DNA of 64,000 bases from an uncultured cyanobacterium (GCA_963703315.1 OY969811.1:3872001-3936000), one strand, 5' to 3'. Positions 30,705-43,060 are shown, counted from the first letter of the stretch. The notes: generated by a model from the sequence alone, not told the origin. Program-made: numbers and translations.

Positions 30705-33125
30705 TTAAAGATTGGGCGGCGCAACAGAGCGAATTATGCGTACTTTATGGCTTTCTCGTTGAGTTTGTGCTTCGATCGCGATCGCTTCAAAGGCAACATC
30801 AATACTACTAAGCGGGATCGAGATATTGGTGCGGGTTTCAATAAAATTTGTATTAGGAACCGCACTAAAATCTAACAACCAACGCGGTCCATCGACAATG
30901 ATTCGGGTTTGCAAATCTTTGATCCAGAATTTCACAAAGAATTTTGGGACGCTGGCAGGTAAGCGCACGGTAATTAGCATTGGCGTACCTGAAATAATTT
31001 CCCCTTCGGAAATAATGATCTCAGGAATGGGGATCGGCTCTTGATCGGATAGGGCTTGTGGGGAAGCTTCTTGAAGATTGCGGATTGCTTGAGCCGTTTC
31101 CGATAAAGTGGAAGCAACAGAACTGGATGTGGTATTGACTGGGAAAGTATTAGGGTCAATCGGGTCTTCCCAGACATACTCATTGAGGATGAGATTATCT
31201 TCGGGAGCCAAGAGCCGATCAAATTCGATATCAAGTTCATGATCTAGTTCCGCAAGGCTAGTTACTTCAGCGATCGTGCGTGGCAAGTCATTGGGCTTGT
31301 CTAGATCAATTGATGCATCCGTCAAGTCTTGATTTGTTAAAGTCTGATTTACTAATGGATCGCTGGGGACAAATTTATCGAGCAGTAGTTCTTCAGTGCG
31401 TTGATTGGCTTTTTGGCTCGCGATCGCCTCTGCGGAGAGAGTTTGGAGTTTGGAAAGAAACCGATTGTTGCGATCGCGAGAAGCAGGTTGTTGTCGATTT
31501 AGGGGCTGCTCTAATAGCTCTTCATAGTTTTGAGGAAGTTCTTCTTCAAAACTGTAAAGTAATTCTGGTTCATCTTCAGTTGTCTCTAGAACTGGAATCT
31601 CACGATCAATTTCGATTCTCTGTAAATCGTCATCTGTCTGTAGAGTCTCGTGCGGTAAATCGTTGAAATCTGCCTGTGGAAAACTCTGAGGATAATCCTC
31701 TGATATTGTCGGTGCTGGGTCTTCAAAATCCTGATTGCTAACCTTATTTTTTAGAGTTGGCAAAGGTGGTAATGATAAAGAACTATTAGATCTTTTCTGC
31801 TCTAATTGCTCTCCCTGTCTAGCTTTTGTCTTGTTAGATGGCAATGGAGGCAGACTTAAGGGACTAGTGGGTTTTACATTCGTTGATGGCGATGGAGAGC
31901 GCTGCTCCCTAGGAGGTGCTACCTGTGGAAAACTCTGTGGAAACTGTGAATAACTAGAATCACTGATAGATTCTTGATTGGTTGGAGAACTATGGAGAGA
32001 ATTATCTTGAGGGCTATAATTCTGAGCTTCTTTAATTAATTCGGGTAGAACCCGTGAGGCAGGATAGGAAACCGCGATCGCTTGCTGAGTGACAAATACA
32101 TCACTGTCTTGCGAAAAGTCTGGGTGGGGATGGATTTGGACTTCACCAATGAGAACTTGAATTTCTGATGGTGGTGGTACAAGGATTTGTAAAGCAAAAG
32201 GAATTGCTCCTGTTTGCTTATTCTGATCATTTGTATTGGTAATGGGATAGCGCTGATTAAAGACAACATCAAGGGTTTGAGGATCTTTGAGACTTACTTC
32301 AATTTCTCCCTTGATATAGACATCGCCTGTCAGATTAAAGCTATTGTCTTCGTTAACAATGTATTGCGGCTGTTGGAGGCGGAGTAAAATGCGTGGCTGG
32401 AGTGGCGCATTAATCTCGACTGGCTCGGCAACGGATGGTCTTTCTAATTTTTCTAATTCTAATTTTTCTAATACAGGGGAATCGCTTAGCAAATCTTGAT
32501 TGCTATCTTGATCATCGGTATTCTCTTCTTCATCAAGCTCATCATTAAAAAGTGCAAACTCCTCAAACATCGATTGCACAAGTTCTGTCGATCTTTGTTC
32601 GGCAATATCCAGAATTGGCGAGCTATAGCTTAGAGGTGTGGGTTCAGTTTGGACAATACCGAGGGCGTTGGTATGGACATCATCGGCAATTTCGGTAGGA
32701 GTCTCTAAATCTTCCTCTTCAAGATCGTTGCTATATTGCCAGTCTGCACCTGAGTCTTGAGAAACGGGGATAACATCAAATTTGACGGTTTTCTTCCATG
32801 CAGAAACTTCATTTTCCCCACCAGAGTCTGACTCTGAGTCTGCTGCCACGCAATCAATTTGCCATAGACCGGGGGGGAAATTGGTGTAGGGCATCACGAT
32901 TAGCAAGCCATCATGACTAATGCGCTTGGCAATTTTTTGTTGTAAAGGTTGATGCCGCACATCCGCGAGGGGACGATAGGCGATCGCGATCCCAACTAGT
33001 GTATTTGACAAGGCAGAGCGTGCCGCAAGTCGATACTGCCCTTCCAAAATCTCAACGGTTGGAGATTCTAAGGGCAACCAGGACTTGTCACCTTTGCGTT
33101 GTAGCAAAAACTCCCAGTTTTCCAT
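30705..33125 (-). CDS. Conserved cyanobacterial hypothetical protein with acidic/Pro-rich linkers
   Basis: MENWEFLLQRKGDKSWLPLESP N-terminus; C-terminal WIKDLQTR.IVDGPRWL...QRESHK. Confidence 0.8.
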   Translation of the reverse strand: MENWEFLLQRKGDKSWLPLESPTVEILEGQYRLAARSALSNTLVGIAIAYRPLADVRHQPLQQKIAKRISHDGLLIVMPYTNFPPGLWQIDCVAADSESDSGGENEVSAWKKTVKFDVIPVSQDSGADWQYSNDLEEEDLETPTEIADDVHTNALGIVQTEPTPLSYSSPILDIAEQRSTELVQSMFEEFALFNDELDEEENTDDQDSNQDLLSDSPVLEKLELEKLERPSVAEPVEINAPLQPRILLRLQQPQYIVNEDNSFNLTGDVYIKGEIEVSLKDPQTLDVVFNQRYPITNTNDQNKQTGAIPFALQILVPPPSEIQVLIGEVQIHPHPDFSQDSDVFVTQQAIAVSYPASRVLPELIKEAQNYSPQDNSLHSSPTNQESISDSSYSQFPQSFPQVAPPREQRSPSPSTNVKPTSPLSLPPLPSNKTKARQGEQLEQKRSNSSLSLPPLPTLKNKVSNQDFEDPAPTISEDYPQSFPQADFNDLPHETLQTDDDLQRIEIDREIPVLETTEDEPELLYSFEEELPQNYEELLEQPLNRQQPASRDRNNRFLSKLQTLSAEAIASQKANQRTEELLLDKFVPSDPLVNQTLTNQDLTDASIDLDKPNDLPRTIAEVTSLAELDHELDIEFDRLLAPEDNLILNEYVWEDPIDPNTFPVNTTSSSVASTLSETAQAIRNLQEASPQALSDQEPIPIPEIIISEGEIISGTPMLITVRLPASVPKFFVKFWIKDLQTRIIVDGPRWLLDFSAVPNTNFIETRTNISIPLSSIDVAFEAIAIEAQTQRESHKVRIIRSVAPPNL

Positions 33126-33376
33126 AACGGCGATCGCGGTTTAAATGTGCTTAGTTACGGGCAATACTAACCGATCTAGGTTGCTATAGCAACTTACGGC
33201 AGGTTTCGATCAAAAGAACTGCAAGGAAATTTTCAAAAGCGTTGCTTCGCAACGCTTTTGAAAATTTCCTTGCGATTTGAGCGCACGTTAGTTTCCTGAA
33301 CTGTCGGCACGCTGTGGGATTGCTATAGTAATATGTCTATGTAGATTACAAATTGCGATCGCGATTATAAAGACAA

Positions 33377-36300
33377 ATGATTCAGGTCGAACAGTCGATC
33401 AGGCATTTGGAAGATGGACAGTCTCTCAATAGGCGATCGCTAGATGCTTTAATTAGAGCGATCAATCTATTTCAGGGATCTTTTTCGCTGATCATTATCA
33501 ACTGTAATTACCGCAGTCTGCGCCAAAAGCTACTGACTGCCATAGCATCACAAACAGGAATGCTATGTCGCGAAATCTGGTGGCGGGAATCCCACGAGAC
33601 TCTGTATGACAAACTGCAAAATTTTTGGCGAGATGGGCATCTGGAAAATATTCCTGCCCTGATGTGCTTAGGCTTAGAGCAAACTAGAGCCGAGGATTTA
33701 GCAAATTTATTTGTCGAAGCGAATCTATTTCGCGATCGCCTCAAGCAAAAGATCAACTGTCCCTTAGTGCTGTGGCTAGATGATCGCGCTCTGCAACAAT
33801 TCTGGATTACGGCTCCTGAGCTAGCAAATTTAGCGGCTCCCCCGATCAAATTTGGATTGACATCGGTTGAGTTAGCCAATGAAGTTGATCAGCAAGTAGA
33901 GCGATTATTAGAAATTGTCAAAGATCCGCAAGTTCCCTTGTTTTGGCAAGATACTAAAATTGATGCTGACCGTGATGTTTTTTCCTATAGTGAGATGGAG
34001 ATCGCTCGCCGAGAACTGCGACTAGCTCAAGAGGCTTTACATTCACCGATTTCTCTAGAACTAGAAGCAAAGTTAGACTTCTTAGTCGGAAGATTATTGT
34101 GGCGATCGCCTCATATCACGCTCAATGAAGTATATGAAGAATCTCATGGGTCAGTGCATAGCGTATCGCAAATCTATTACCAGTGCAGTTTCGACTATTG
34201 GCAACGTGTTAATAAACCAATTGAGAGGGGTATCGTTTTATTTTATCTGGGGAATTTGTGGTGGCATAACTCCTTTGTCAATGGGCGACAGGCTCAAACC
34301 TCTTGGTTGAAGGCAAAACAATTTTTTGAAGATGCGATCGCCGCTTTTCAAACAGCGCAGCGCAGTGACTTAATTGCAAAATATGGTCGAGCTTATAGCG
34401 GTGTTCTTGAACAACTCCAAAATTGGCAAGAACTAGAGCAATGGATTTTTGAATTACTGCCATTACATCAGCACATACCCCTCGAACTAGCTCAGGATTA
34501 CGGATATTTAGCCAAGATTGCCGTCGAAAGAGGCGATTGGCTCAATGTTAAACAATATTCATTGGATGCACTAAAAACTCTAGAGCAGATCCCCACTTTT
34601 GATGACGATCAGCTTACTTACAATTGGTTGCGGTTACGTCATATTCAACTCGGTCAATATCAACTGTTATTGACTCAGAGCTATCTTCAACTTCAGGAGA
34701 TTGGACTAGCTTCTAATCTAATTGAATCAACGATCGCTAACTTTAATCTGAATTACGAACCCAAACTCTACATTCGCTTTTTGGATACTTTCCATGATAT
34801 TGCCTTTACCCAAGGTCGCTATCTTGAAGCTTTCCAAACTCGCCAAAAACAGCGATCGCTAGAGCAGAAATATGGACTAAGAGCGTTTATCGGCGCGGGA
34901 ACGCTGCAACCCAAAAAACTATCGCCTAATGCCAGTATTGCGGAATTAGATGCTAGTAAATTTGATATAAACTCTGGCGAAATCGCGGCTTCTGGTAGAA
35001 ATCAAGATGTGGAGCGTCTGGTGAAACGGATTCTCTCGGTGGAAAATCAACTCACGGTCATTCATGGAGAATCAGGTGTTGGCAAAAGCTCCCTTGTCAA
35101 TGCGGGATTAATTCCTGCCCTCTTGCAGCGATCGCTCACGGGACAAGAATTGCTGCCCATCAAGATTCATATCTATACCAATTGGATCAATGCTATTTCT
35201 GCTGCCATTTATGAAATGTATGACCTTAGTGATCAGACACCAATCGCAAGAAGAGGCTCTTTATCTAGTCATGAATTTGGTAACCAATTAGGCGATCGCC
35301 TTGCAAATAGTGAGCAGGATGCCAAAAATTTACTGCGTAAGCTGAGAGAACTAGCATTTCATGGTACACAAATTGTTTTAGTCTTTGATCAATTTGAAGA
35401 ATTCTTTTCTACCTGTACTCAACCCCAAGAAAGAGCAGTTTTTAGCGAATTTTGGCAAAATTGCCTCAAGATTCCGCTTCTCAAGTTAGTCATTTCCATC
35501 CGTGAAGATTACCTACATTTACTGCTAGAACTAGACTCTAAGAATACCGAAATCGATATTTTAAGTCGTGACTTGCGCTATGCCCTCGGCAATCTCTCCC
35601 CCGCCGATGCCAAATCCCTGATTGAAAATCTCACTGAACAGGCTAACTTTTTGATCGAACCACTCTTAGTGAATGAACTAGTCAGAGATCTAGCAGGCGA
35701 TCGCGGTTCAGTACGTCCCATTGAACTACAACTAGTTGGCTCACAAATCCAAGATCGGAATATTACGACGCTCTCTGCCTATCACGAAGCAGGAGGAAAA
35801 CAACGCATTGTCGAACAATCAGTGGAAGAGGTTGTGCAAGCCTGTGGTAATGCGGCTTTTATTGCTCAACAGGTGTTAATCCTCCTGACCGATGAGCAAG
35901 GCAAACGTCCATTGCGGACTTACAACGAATTGAGAATAGGGATTCTGCCCTACTCTAGTAATACCCTTGATCTCGACCTTGTATTAGAAATTTTAATCGG
36001 ATCAGGACTAGTTTTCCAATTGCCAGAATTACCCAGTAATCGCTATCAACTGGTGCATGACTATCTAGTTCCATTTATTCGGAATAATCAAGAAGCAGGT
36101 TTGCTAGATGAATTACGCAAAGTTAGGTCTTCAGCACAACGCAGTCAAACCAACCTCAATAGACTAACTAGAGTTGCTTTTATAGGGACTGTGTTGGGGT
36201 TATTCATGATGGCAGGTTTGGCTTTCCAAGCCAATCGTCAACGTCAGTTAGCTGAGTTTGGTGAAATCGAAGCCTTGAATTCTTCGGCAAATTCGAGTTT

Positions 36301-38374
36301 TCTGCTCAATCGGCAATTGGAAGCGTTAACTACATCTGTGCAATCTGCAAAGAAATTAAACGATACCGATGAAGGAACCGATAAAACTAGGATTAAGAAG
36401 TTAATCTTTGAAAATCTGCAAACAATCGTTTACAACATCCGTGAGCGCTATCGATTTTATTCGATCAAAATGGACTCACCATTTTATGCAGCCAAATTTA
36501 GTCCTGATGGCAATACTCTGGCGTTTGGTAGCTTTGATGGTGGAGTTTATCTATATAAAAGTGATGGTCAGTTGATTGCGCGTTTAGTTGGTTTGCAAGC
36601 AAGAGAAATTCGTGGTTTAAGTTTTAGTCCTGATGGTAAGAGAATTGCATCAGCAGGGCAAGGCAAAAGTGTCAGAATTTGGAATGTTGAGACTGGTAAA
36701 CTGATTGCTAAATTCTATGCTCATCAAGATGATATCTTTCGGGTGCATTTTCATCCTGATGGCAAAAGATTGCTGACGGGTAGTAAAGATGGCACTGCCA
36801 AAGTTTGGGACAGCGATCGCGGTATTGACATCCTGACCATCAATCCCAAAAACGTCGATGGTAGTTCTCCCCAAAAGGAATCGGGAGCGATTCAGGATAC
36901 GAGTTTTAGTCCTGACGGTAAGTTAATTGTAACGGCTAAAAATAACATCATTTCTCTATGGGATTTGCAAGGTAATTTACTAGCTCAGGCGATCGCCCAT
37001 GAAAAAGAGATTTACAGTGTCAAGTTCCATCCTAACAGCAAGCAATTGTTATCATCGGGGCGCGATGAAACTGTGAAACTGTGGCAAATCAATGGACAAG
37101 TTAGCGAACAAGTAGATCAACAGAAGCTTCAAATTCAATTAATACGCACATTTAAGGGCAATGCCACCGATGTTTTAAGCTTAAACTTTAGTGCTGATGG
37201 TAGTCATATTGCTTTTGGCTCTCAAGATAATTCGATCCAGATTCTCAATGCTGATGGGGTAACAGAAATGAAACTAGGCGGACATACGGATGGAATTTTT
37301 GATGTTAACTTCAGCCCGAATGGTCGATATCTGCTATCGGCAAGCAAAGATCGCACAGTCCGACTCTGGGATTTCAAAGCGACATTAATCGATACACTCT
37401 ATGGTCATGTCAGCAGCATTTGGTCAGTGAGCTTTCGCCCCGATGGTCGAGTCTTCGCGTCAGGCAGTGTCGATAAAACTGTGCGCCTTTGGAATGCCGA
37501 TGGAACCTTTAGACAAGAACTAAAAGGTCATGAGGATACGGTCTATGGTGTTAGTTTTAGTGCTGATGGCAAGAAACTAATCACCGCCAGTAATGATCAG
37601 ACCGTCAGAATTTGGGATAGCGATACAGGCAAGCTACTGCATATCCTCAATATTCATGGTGCAGAGTTGATCTATGCCGCCTTGAGTCCCGATCAAAAGA
37701 TCTTAGCGACTCTAGGCTGGGATAACAAAATTAAGCTATGGCAATGGGACAATACCGATAAACCGAAGTTGTTACATACATTAGAAGGTCATACAAAAAC
37801 GGTGTGGGCGATCGCCTTTAGTCCTGATAGTCAATCTCTAGCCTCGACTAGTAATGATCAAACTGTAAGAATTTGGAATGTGAACAATGGTCAAAATCTG
37901 CATACGATGGAAGCGCATACTAATGGTGGGCTGGCTGTTGCCTACAGTCCAGACGGTAAGCAGATTGGCTCGGCTGGTAAAGATGGCAAATTGAAACTAT
38001 GGAATGCTCAAACAGGCGCTCTCGAACAGGTGATTTCGGTAACGGCTGATTCTTGGATCTATGGCATGAACTTTAGTCCAGATGGCAAGGTGATCGCGAC
38101 TGCTAACGCTGATAAAACGGTCAAAATGATGGATCGCGCTAGTGGTGAATTACTCAAAACCTTATCTGGACATACTGCCGAAGCCTATGCTGTCAGCTAT
38201 AGTCCCGATGGCAAAACTATTGTTTCAGCGAGTCGAGACAATACGCTCAAATTATGGAATGCGGAGACCTTGCATTTTAATGAACTCGTTCAACGGGGTT
38301 GCAGTTTGCTAGACAACTATCTGGAATACACGCCAACATTAACTCCAGAACAAAAACAAATTTGCAAAAATTAA
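33377..38374 (+). CDS. STAND-type NTPase with TPR-like region, TM helix and ~14 WD40 repeats
   Basis: GESGVGKS Walker A, FDQFEEFF Walker B, YQLVHDYL, many FSPDG...W repeats. Confidence 0.9.
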   Translation: MIQVEQSIRHLEDGQSLNRRSLDALIRAINLFQGSFSLIIINCNYRSLRQKLLTAIASQTGMLCREIWWRESHETLYDKLQNFWRDGHLENIPALMCLGLEQTRAEDLANLFVEANLFRDRLKQKINCPLVLWLDDRALQQFWITAPELANLAAPPIKFGLTSVELANEVDQQVERLLEIVKDPQVPLFWQDTKIDADRDVFSYSEMEIARRELRLAQEALHSPISLELEAKLDFLVGRLLWRSPHITLNEVYEESHGSVHSVSQIYYQCSFDYWQRVNKPIERGIVLFYLGNLWWHNSFVNGRQAQTSWLKAKQFFEDAIAAFQTAQRSDLIAKYGRAYSGVLEQLQNWQELEQWIFELLPLHQHIPLELAQDYGYLAKIAVERGDWLNVKQYSLDALKTLEQIPTFDDDQLTYNWLRLRHIQLGQYQLLLTQSYLQLQEIGLASNLIESTIANFNLNYEPKLYIRFLDTFHDIAFTQGRYLEAFQTRQKQRSLEQKYGLRAFIGAGTLQPKKLSPNASIAELDASKFDINSGEIAASGRNQDVERLVKRILSVENQLTVIHGESGVGKSSLVNAGLIPALLQRSLTGQELLPIKIHIYTNWINAISAAIYEMYDLSDQTPIARRGSLSSHEFGNQLGDRLANSEQDAKNLLRKLRELAFHGTQIVLVFDQFEEFFSTCTQPQERAVFSEFWQNCLKIPLLKLVISIREDYLHLLLELDSKNTEIDILSRDLRYALGNLSPADAKSLIENLTEQANFLIEPLLVNELVRDLAGDRGSVRPIELQLVGSQIQDRNITTLSAYHEAGGKQRIVEQSVEEVVQACGNAAFIAQQVLILLTDEQGKRPLRTYNELRIGILPYSSNTLDLDLVLEILIGSGLVFQLPELPSNRYQLVHDYLVPFIRNNQEAGLLDELRKVRSSAQRSQTNLNRLTRVAFIGTVLGLFMMAGLAFQANRQRQLAEFGEIEALNSSANSSFLLNRQLEALTTSVQSAKKLNDTDEGTDKTRIKKLIFENLQTIVYNIRERYRFYSIKMDSPFYAAKFSPDGNTLAFGSFDGGVYLYKSDGQLIARLVGLQAREIRGLSFSPDGKRIASAGQGKSVRIWNVETGKLIAKFYAHQDDIFRVHFHPDGKRLLTGSKDGTAKVWDSDRGIDILTINPKNVDGSSPQKESGAIQDTSFSPDGKLIVTAKNNIISLWDLQGNLLAQAIAHEKEIYSVKFHPNSKQLLSSGRDETVKLWQINGQVSEQVDQQKLQIQLIRTFKGNATDVLSLNFSADGSHIAFGSQDNSIQILNADGVTEMKLGGHTDGIFDVNFSPNGRYLLSASKDRTVRLWDFKATLIDTLYGHVSSIWSVSFRPDGRVFASGSVDKTVRLWNADGTFRQELKGHEDTVYGVSFSADGKKLITASNDQTVRIWDSDTGKLLHILNIHGAELIYAALSPDQKILATLGWDNKIKLWQWDNTDKPKLLHTLEGHTKTVWAIAFSPDSQSLASTSNDQTVRIWNVNNGQNLHTMEAHTNGGLAVAYSPDGKQIGSAGKDGKLKLWNAQTGALEQVISVTADSWIYGMNFSPDGKVIATANADKTVKMMDRASGELLKTLSGHTAEAYAVSYSPDGKTIVSASRDNTLKLWNAETLHFNELVQRGCSLLDNYLEYTPTLTPEQKQICKN

Positions 38375-38604
38375 AAGCCCAAATAAAAGCCCAGCAAATT
38401 TTTAAAAGCGTTGCAAAGCAACGCTTTTAAAAATTTGCTGGGTTCGGGTTTAAGCGCAAAGCGCTGTATGATCGAAAGCCATAATAACAATTCACGAAAG
38501 TGTAACTACACTTTTCTGAATTAAAAATCAAACCCAGTAAGAGTTTTCAAAACTAGAAATGGTATAGCCATTTTTAGTTTTGGTACAAATCATAGGAAAA
38601 AGTA

Positions 38605-39423
38605 ATGCAAGACCAAGAAACAAGCTGGCAATCCTTAGTCCTAGTCGCCATATTAGGGATTTTGGCAGTCATTAGTTTTAATTCATTCGTGATTATCAAC
38701 CCTGGGGAAGCAGGAGTATTGAGCATATTAGGCAAAGCCAAGGATGGCGTACTGCTCGAAGGTGTGCATTTCAAACCACCTGTGATTTCGCAAGTCGATG
38801 TCTATGATTTGACCGTACAGAAGTTTGAAGTGCCAGCCCAAAGCTCAACCAAAGATTTGCAACAACTTACGGCAAGTTTTGCGATTAACTTTCGTCTCGA
38901 TCCTATTGAAGTGGTGACGATTCGTCGTACTCAAGGTACATTGCAAAATATTGTCTCTAAAATTATTGCGCCTCAAACCCAAGAATCCTTTAAGGTGGCG
39001 GCGGCTAGACGTACTGTCGAAGAAGCGATCACGAAACGGGATGAACTCAAACTAGATTTTGATGAGGCTTTGAGTCAACGTTTGAGTAAGTACGGCATTA
39101 TTGTCTTAGATACCAGTGTCGTTGATTTGAATTTCTCGACAGAGTTCTCTAAGGCAGTTGAAGAGAAACAAATTGCAGAACAACGCGCTCAGAGAGCCGT
39201 ATATATTGCCAGAGAAGCGGAACAAGAAGCGGAAGCTACCATCAATCGTGCGAAGGGACAAGCGGAAGCGCAACGCCTGTTACGAGAAACATTGACTTCT
39301 GAATTGTTGCAAAAACAGGCGATCGAAAAATGGGATGGCAAGTTTCCTCAAGTATTAGGAGGGAATGGTGCAGTTCCATTTATTAATTTAGAAGTTGGCA
39401 AACCACAATCTAATATTCGTTAA
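38605..39423 (+). CDS. Prohibitin / SPFH protein
   Basis: N-terminal TM; AVEEKQIAEQRAQRA; IEKWDG. Confidence 0.93.
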   Translation: MQDQETSWQSLVLVAILGILAVISFNSFVIINPGEAGVLSILGKAKDGVLLEGVHFKPPVISQVDVYDLTVQKFEVPAQSSTKDLQQLTASFAINFRLDPIEVVTIRRTQGTLQNIVSKIIAPQTQESFKVAAARRTVEEAITKRDELKLDFDEALSQRLSKYGIIVLDTSVVDLNFSTEFSKAVEEKQIAEQRAQRAVYIAREAEQEAEATINRAKGQAEAQRLLRETLTSELLQKQAIEKWDGKFPQVLGGNGAVPFINLEVGKPQSNIR

Positions 39424-39540
39424 TCTCAAACCTAATACATAAGAGAGGTACGGCGCGAAGCGCCGTACCTCTCTTATGTATACAAACCCTGACATATCGA
39501 GGTTTTAGAGATGGCAATACTAAAACTTGAGTTAGCATAA

Positions 39541-40602
<1,062 letters not shown>

Positions 40603-40683
40603 TACCAATTCACAGAAGTGTTGACACACTTTTGTGAATTAGTGTTAGCCAAGCAAGTCAAGTAGCTAAGCGCAATTAAATGA

Positions 40684-41247
40684 TTAGGGGCAACCTGATT
40701 CAAGTTGAGGATTTTTGGCGATCGCCCGATCCCATGATGATTTGCGTTCTCGTTTGTAGATTTCTAATGCTTCATCAGTAGCTGACATTTTGCGATTATT
40801 CTTTTTGTAGTAGTCACGAGCCGCGATCGCGCCTACCAAATTAGCTTCCGAACCAGCGATCGCGCATTGTCTTACCCGCAGGTTCTGCTCTACTGTAAGT
40901 CTTGGTTTGCGCCAAACTTTTGAAGCAGCAAGGGCTTTTTGAAACTGCTCGACTGCATCGTTAAACAGCCCCATTTGGAGTGCTTTGTCTCCATCAATCC
41001 AGTAGGTCATGATTGCATATCCGTAGGGACTCGCCTCAAGCATTTTGCGTAGCTGTTCTGGAGCTAATCCTGAACCTTGCTGTTTCGCTTTTTCTGGGGT
41101 TACTGGTTCTGCTTTTGATTCAACTGTTGTTTTAGCGATCGCCCCAGAAAGTTGGTTGGTCAGAGTCGATGCTTGGGTTTGTCCACAGGCAATTAGTGAA
41201 CAGCTAAGGGCAAGGAAACCGAAGAGTTTGGTTTTTGAGAAGGTCAT
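40684..41247 (-). CDS. Lipoprotein, array member with helical C-domain
   Basis: MTFSKTKLFGFLALSCSLIAC lipobox. Confidence 0.8.
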   Translation of the reverse strand: MTFSKTKLFGFLALSCSLIACGQTQASTLTNQLSGAIAKTTVESKAEPVTPEKAKQQGSGLAPEQLRKMLEASPYGYAIMTYWIDGDKALQMGLFNDAVEQFQKALAASKVWRKPRLTVEQNLRVRQCAIAGSEANLVGAIAARDYYKKNNRKMSATDEALEIYKRERKSSWDRAIAKNPQLESGCP

Positions 41248-41326
41248 ATTGATTGATGTGATGTTAATTTAGGGCAAAAATTCTAGGGGCTGAACAATTT
41301 TTATAAGCTCATTTGTTTTTGGTTCC

Positions 41327-42295
41327 TTACCAACCTTCAACGACTTCCCGTAGTAACTCTTTTTCTCCTTGGGTGACAGTCAGAAAATTGCCTGTGGGGG
41401 TTTGTGCCAAGGTATAGGTCACATCACCGTTTACTGCCATGATCAAGGTCGGGGAAGCTTGAGTCAAGGGTAAACGAATGGATTTTGTTGGATCTGCTTT
41501 CTCTGTGCCTACATAGTATTCTGGAGTAGTTACTCCACAAATATTGATAACGTAGTTTTCCGTTGCCATCTTAGCTAGAGATTTTTCTTCACCTTGACAA
41601 GCTGACTTGGCTTTTCTGGGGGGAGGAGTGAGACGAAATTCCGCCCCTTGATATTTTCGATATTCCTTTGCAAATAAATAAGTGCCAGATAGATCGGCGC
41701 TAGGTGCAAGGTCAACCTTCTGTCCATAGCCTTTGTCTTCAAACTTTACTAACATAGGGACAGCATCCCTTGTATAGACAATCAAGTCATTCCAACCATT
41801 GCTAGTATTACCTGAAACGATAATCGGTGGATGACTGGTGGGAATGCGACCTATGAGTTGGTACTGACCTCTCAATTGCTGGAAAATTAAGGTTGTACAA
41901 CCTCCAGTTCCACAAAAATAACTACCCATCAAATGAACAATAACTTCAGGTGATGCATCACCATTTAGATCAACTTTGGCATAGGTATAATCGTTGACAC
42001 TCTCACTACTGGGATAACCTTGCTTATCTTCCCATATAGCCATTTCTAAAGTTGGGTCTGGGGATTTCTCTGACTCGATCCAAGGGATTTGCGCGGTCTT
42101 GGATTTCGCCGATGATTGTGGTTCTGGTGATTTTGCAAGAGCTACTGGGTTTGCGGCTGGTTGGGATGCAGTGGTTGTTTGCGCGATCGCATTGGGTGTC
42201 GCATTAGGTGCATTTCCGACTGGAGCTTGTCCACAGGCAATTAGTGAGTAACTGAAAGCTAGTAAACCGAATAGCTTAATTTTTGAGAAGATCAT
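41327..42295 (-). CDS. Lipoprotein, array member with two C-terminal domains
   Basis: MIFSKIKLFGLLAFSYSLIAC; VDLNGDASPE...FCGTGGCT...GWNDL domain, then ATENYVINIC...YYVG domain. Confidence 0.85.
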   Translation of the reverse strand: MIFSKIKLFGLLAFSYSLIACGQAPVGNAPNATPNAIAQTTTASQPAANPVALAKSPEPQSSAKSKTAQIPWIESEKSPDPTLEMAIWEDKQGYPSSESVNDYTYAKVDLNGDASPEVIVHLMGSYFCGTGGCTTLIFQQLRGQYQLIGRIPTSHPPIIVSGNTSNGWNDLIVYTRDAVPMLVKFEDKGYGQKVDLAPSADLSGTYLFAKEYRKYQGAEFRLTPPPRKAKSACQGEEKSLAKMATENYVINICGVTTPEYYVGTEKADPTKSIRLPLTQASPTLIMAVNGDVTYTLAQTPTGNFLTVTQGEKELLREVVEGW

Positions 42296-42346
42296 ATTTT
42301 TAATAGGTTATGTTTTATAGCTTGCTCTGATGGATAAATCACTCAA

Positions 42347-42435
42347 ACTTAGAGAGAATATCTGCACCGCGTTCTTTGGCAAGTTTTTCGAGGCGATCGC
42401 GTTTTTCCTCAAAAAAAGTAGTTCGGATAGAGCGA
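42347..42435 (-). pseudogene. Degenerate copy of the 3' end of gene 43061-43609
   Basis: Sequence matches 43061-43157 (...LENLAKERGADILSKF) with mutations. Confidence 0.8.
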
Positions 42436-42478
42436 TCGCGAGGTAATTGTAAATCTTTTTAGGTTTTTCGCCTGAAAA

Positions 42479-43018
42479 TCACTTCGATGCTCCACAAACA
42501 GCACGTAGCACAGTTGACTCACCTTCTTCAGCGCCATATCTAGCAATCGCAGGAATGATTTTTCCATCGATTGAGGATTCACCACAGTCTGCCGTGCGCC
42601 ACGGACTGTAGTAATCCTCTCCTCGGCTGTACTCAGCCCTAGTACGAAAGCGCCAACGATTGCTACCTAAGTCTTGCTTTTCGTGTATGTAAATTTTGTA
42701 CATAATGCCTTGTCTCATTCCAGAGTAGATAAACTCTGTGGCTTGTTGTGCTACAGGTGCGTTTGTTGAAGAATCCTGAGATTGGGCGATCGCGTTTTTA
42801 ACTTCAGTAGATGCTATAGCCGATGGTTGGGGTTCTGGTGATTTTTCGGCAACTACTGGTTTTTCGGTTGGTTGGGGTGCAGTGGTTGTTTGCGCGATCG
42901 CACTGGATGTTGCCTTGGGCGTTGCATTAGATGCAGTCGAAACTGGAGTTTGTCCACAAGCAATTAGCGAGTAACTGAGGGCTAGTAAACCGAATAGCTT
43001 GATTTTTGAGAAGATCAT
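42479..43018 (-). CDS. Lipoprotein, array member
   Basis: MIFSKIKLFGLLALSYSLIAC, P/A/T linker, small C-domain with 2 Cys. Confidence 0.85.
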   Translation of the reverse strand: MIFSKIKLFGLLALSYSLIACGQTPVSTASNATPKATSSAIAQTTTAPQPTEKPVVAEKSPEPQPSAIASTEVKNAIAQSQDSSTNAPVAQQATEFIYSGMRQGIMYKIYIHEKQDLGSNRWRFRTRAEYSRGEDYYSPWRTADCGESSIDGKIIPAIARYGAEEGESTVLRAVCGASK

Positions 43019-43060
43019 GTTTTTATGGGTTATGTTTTGTAGATTGCTCTGATGGATAAC

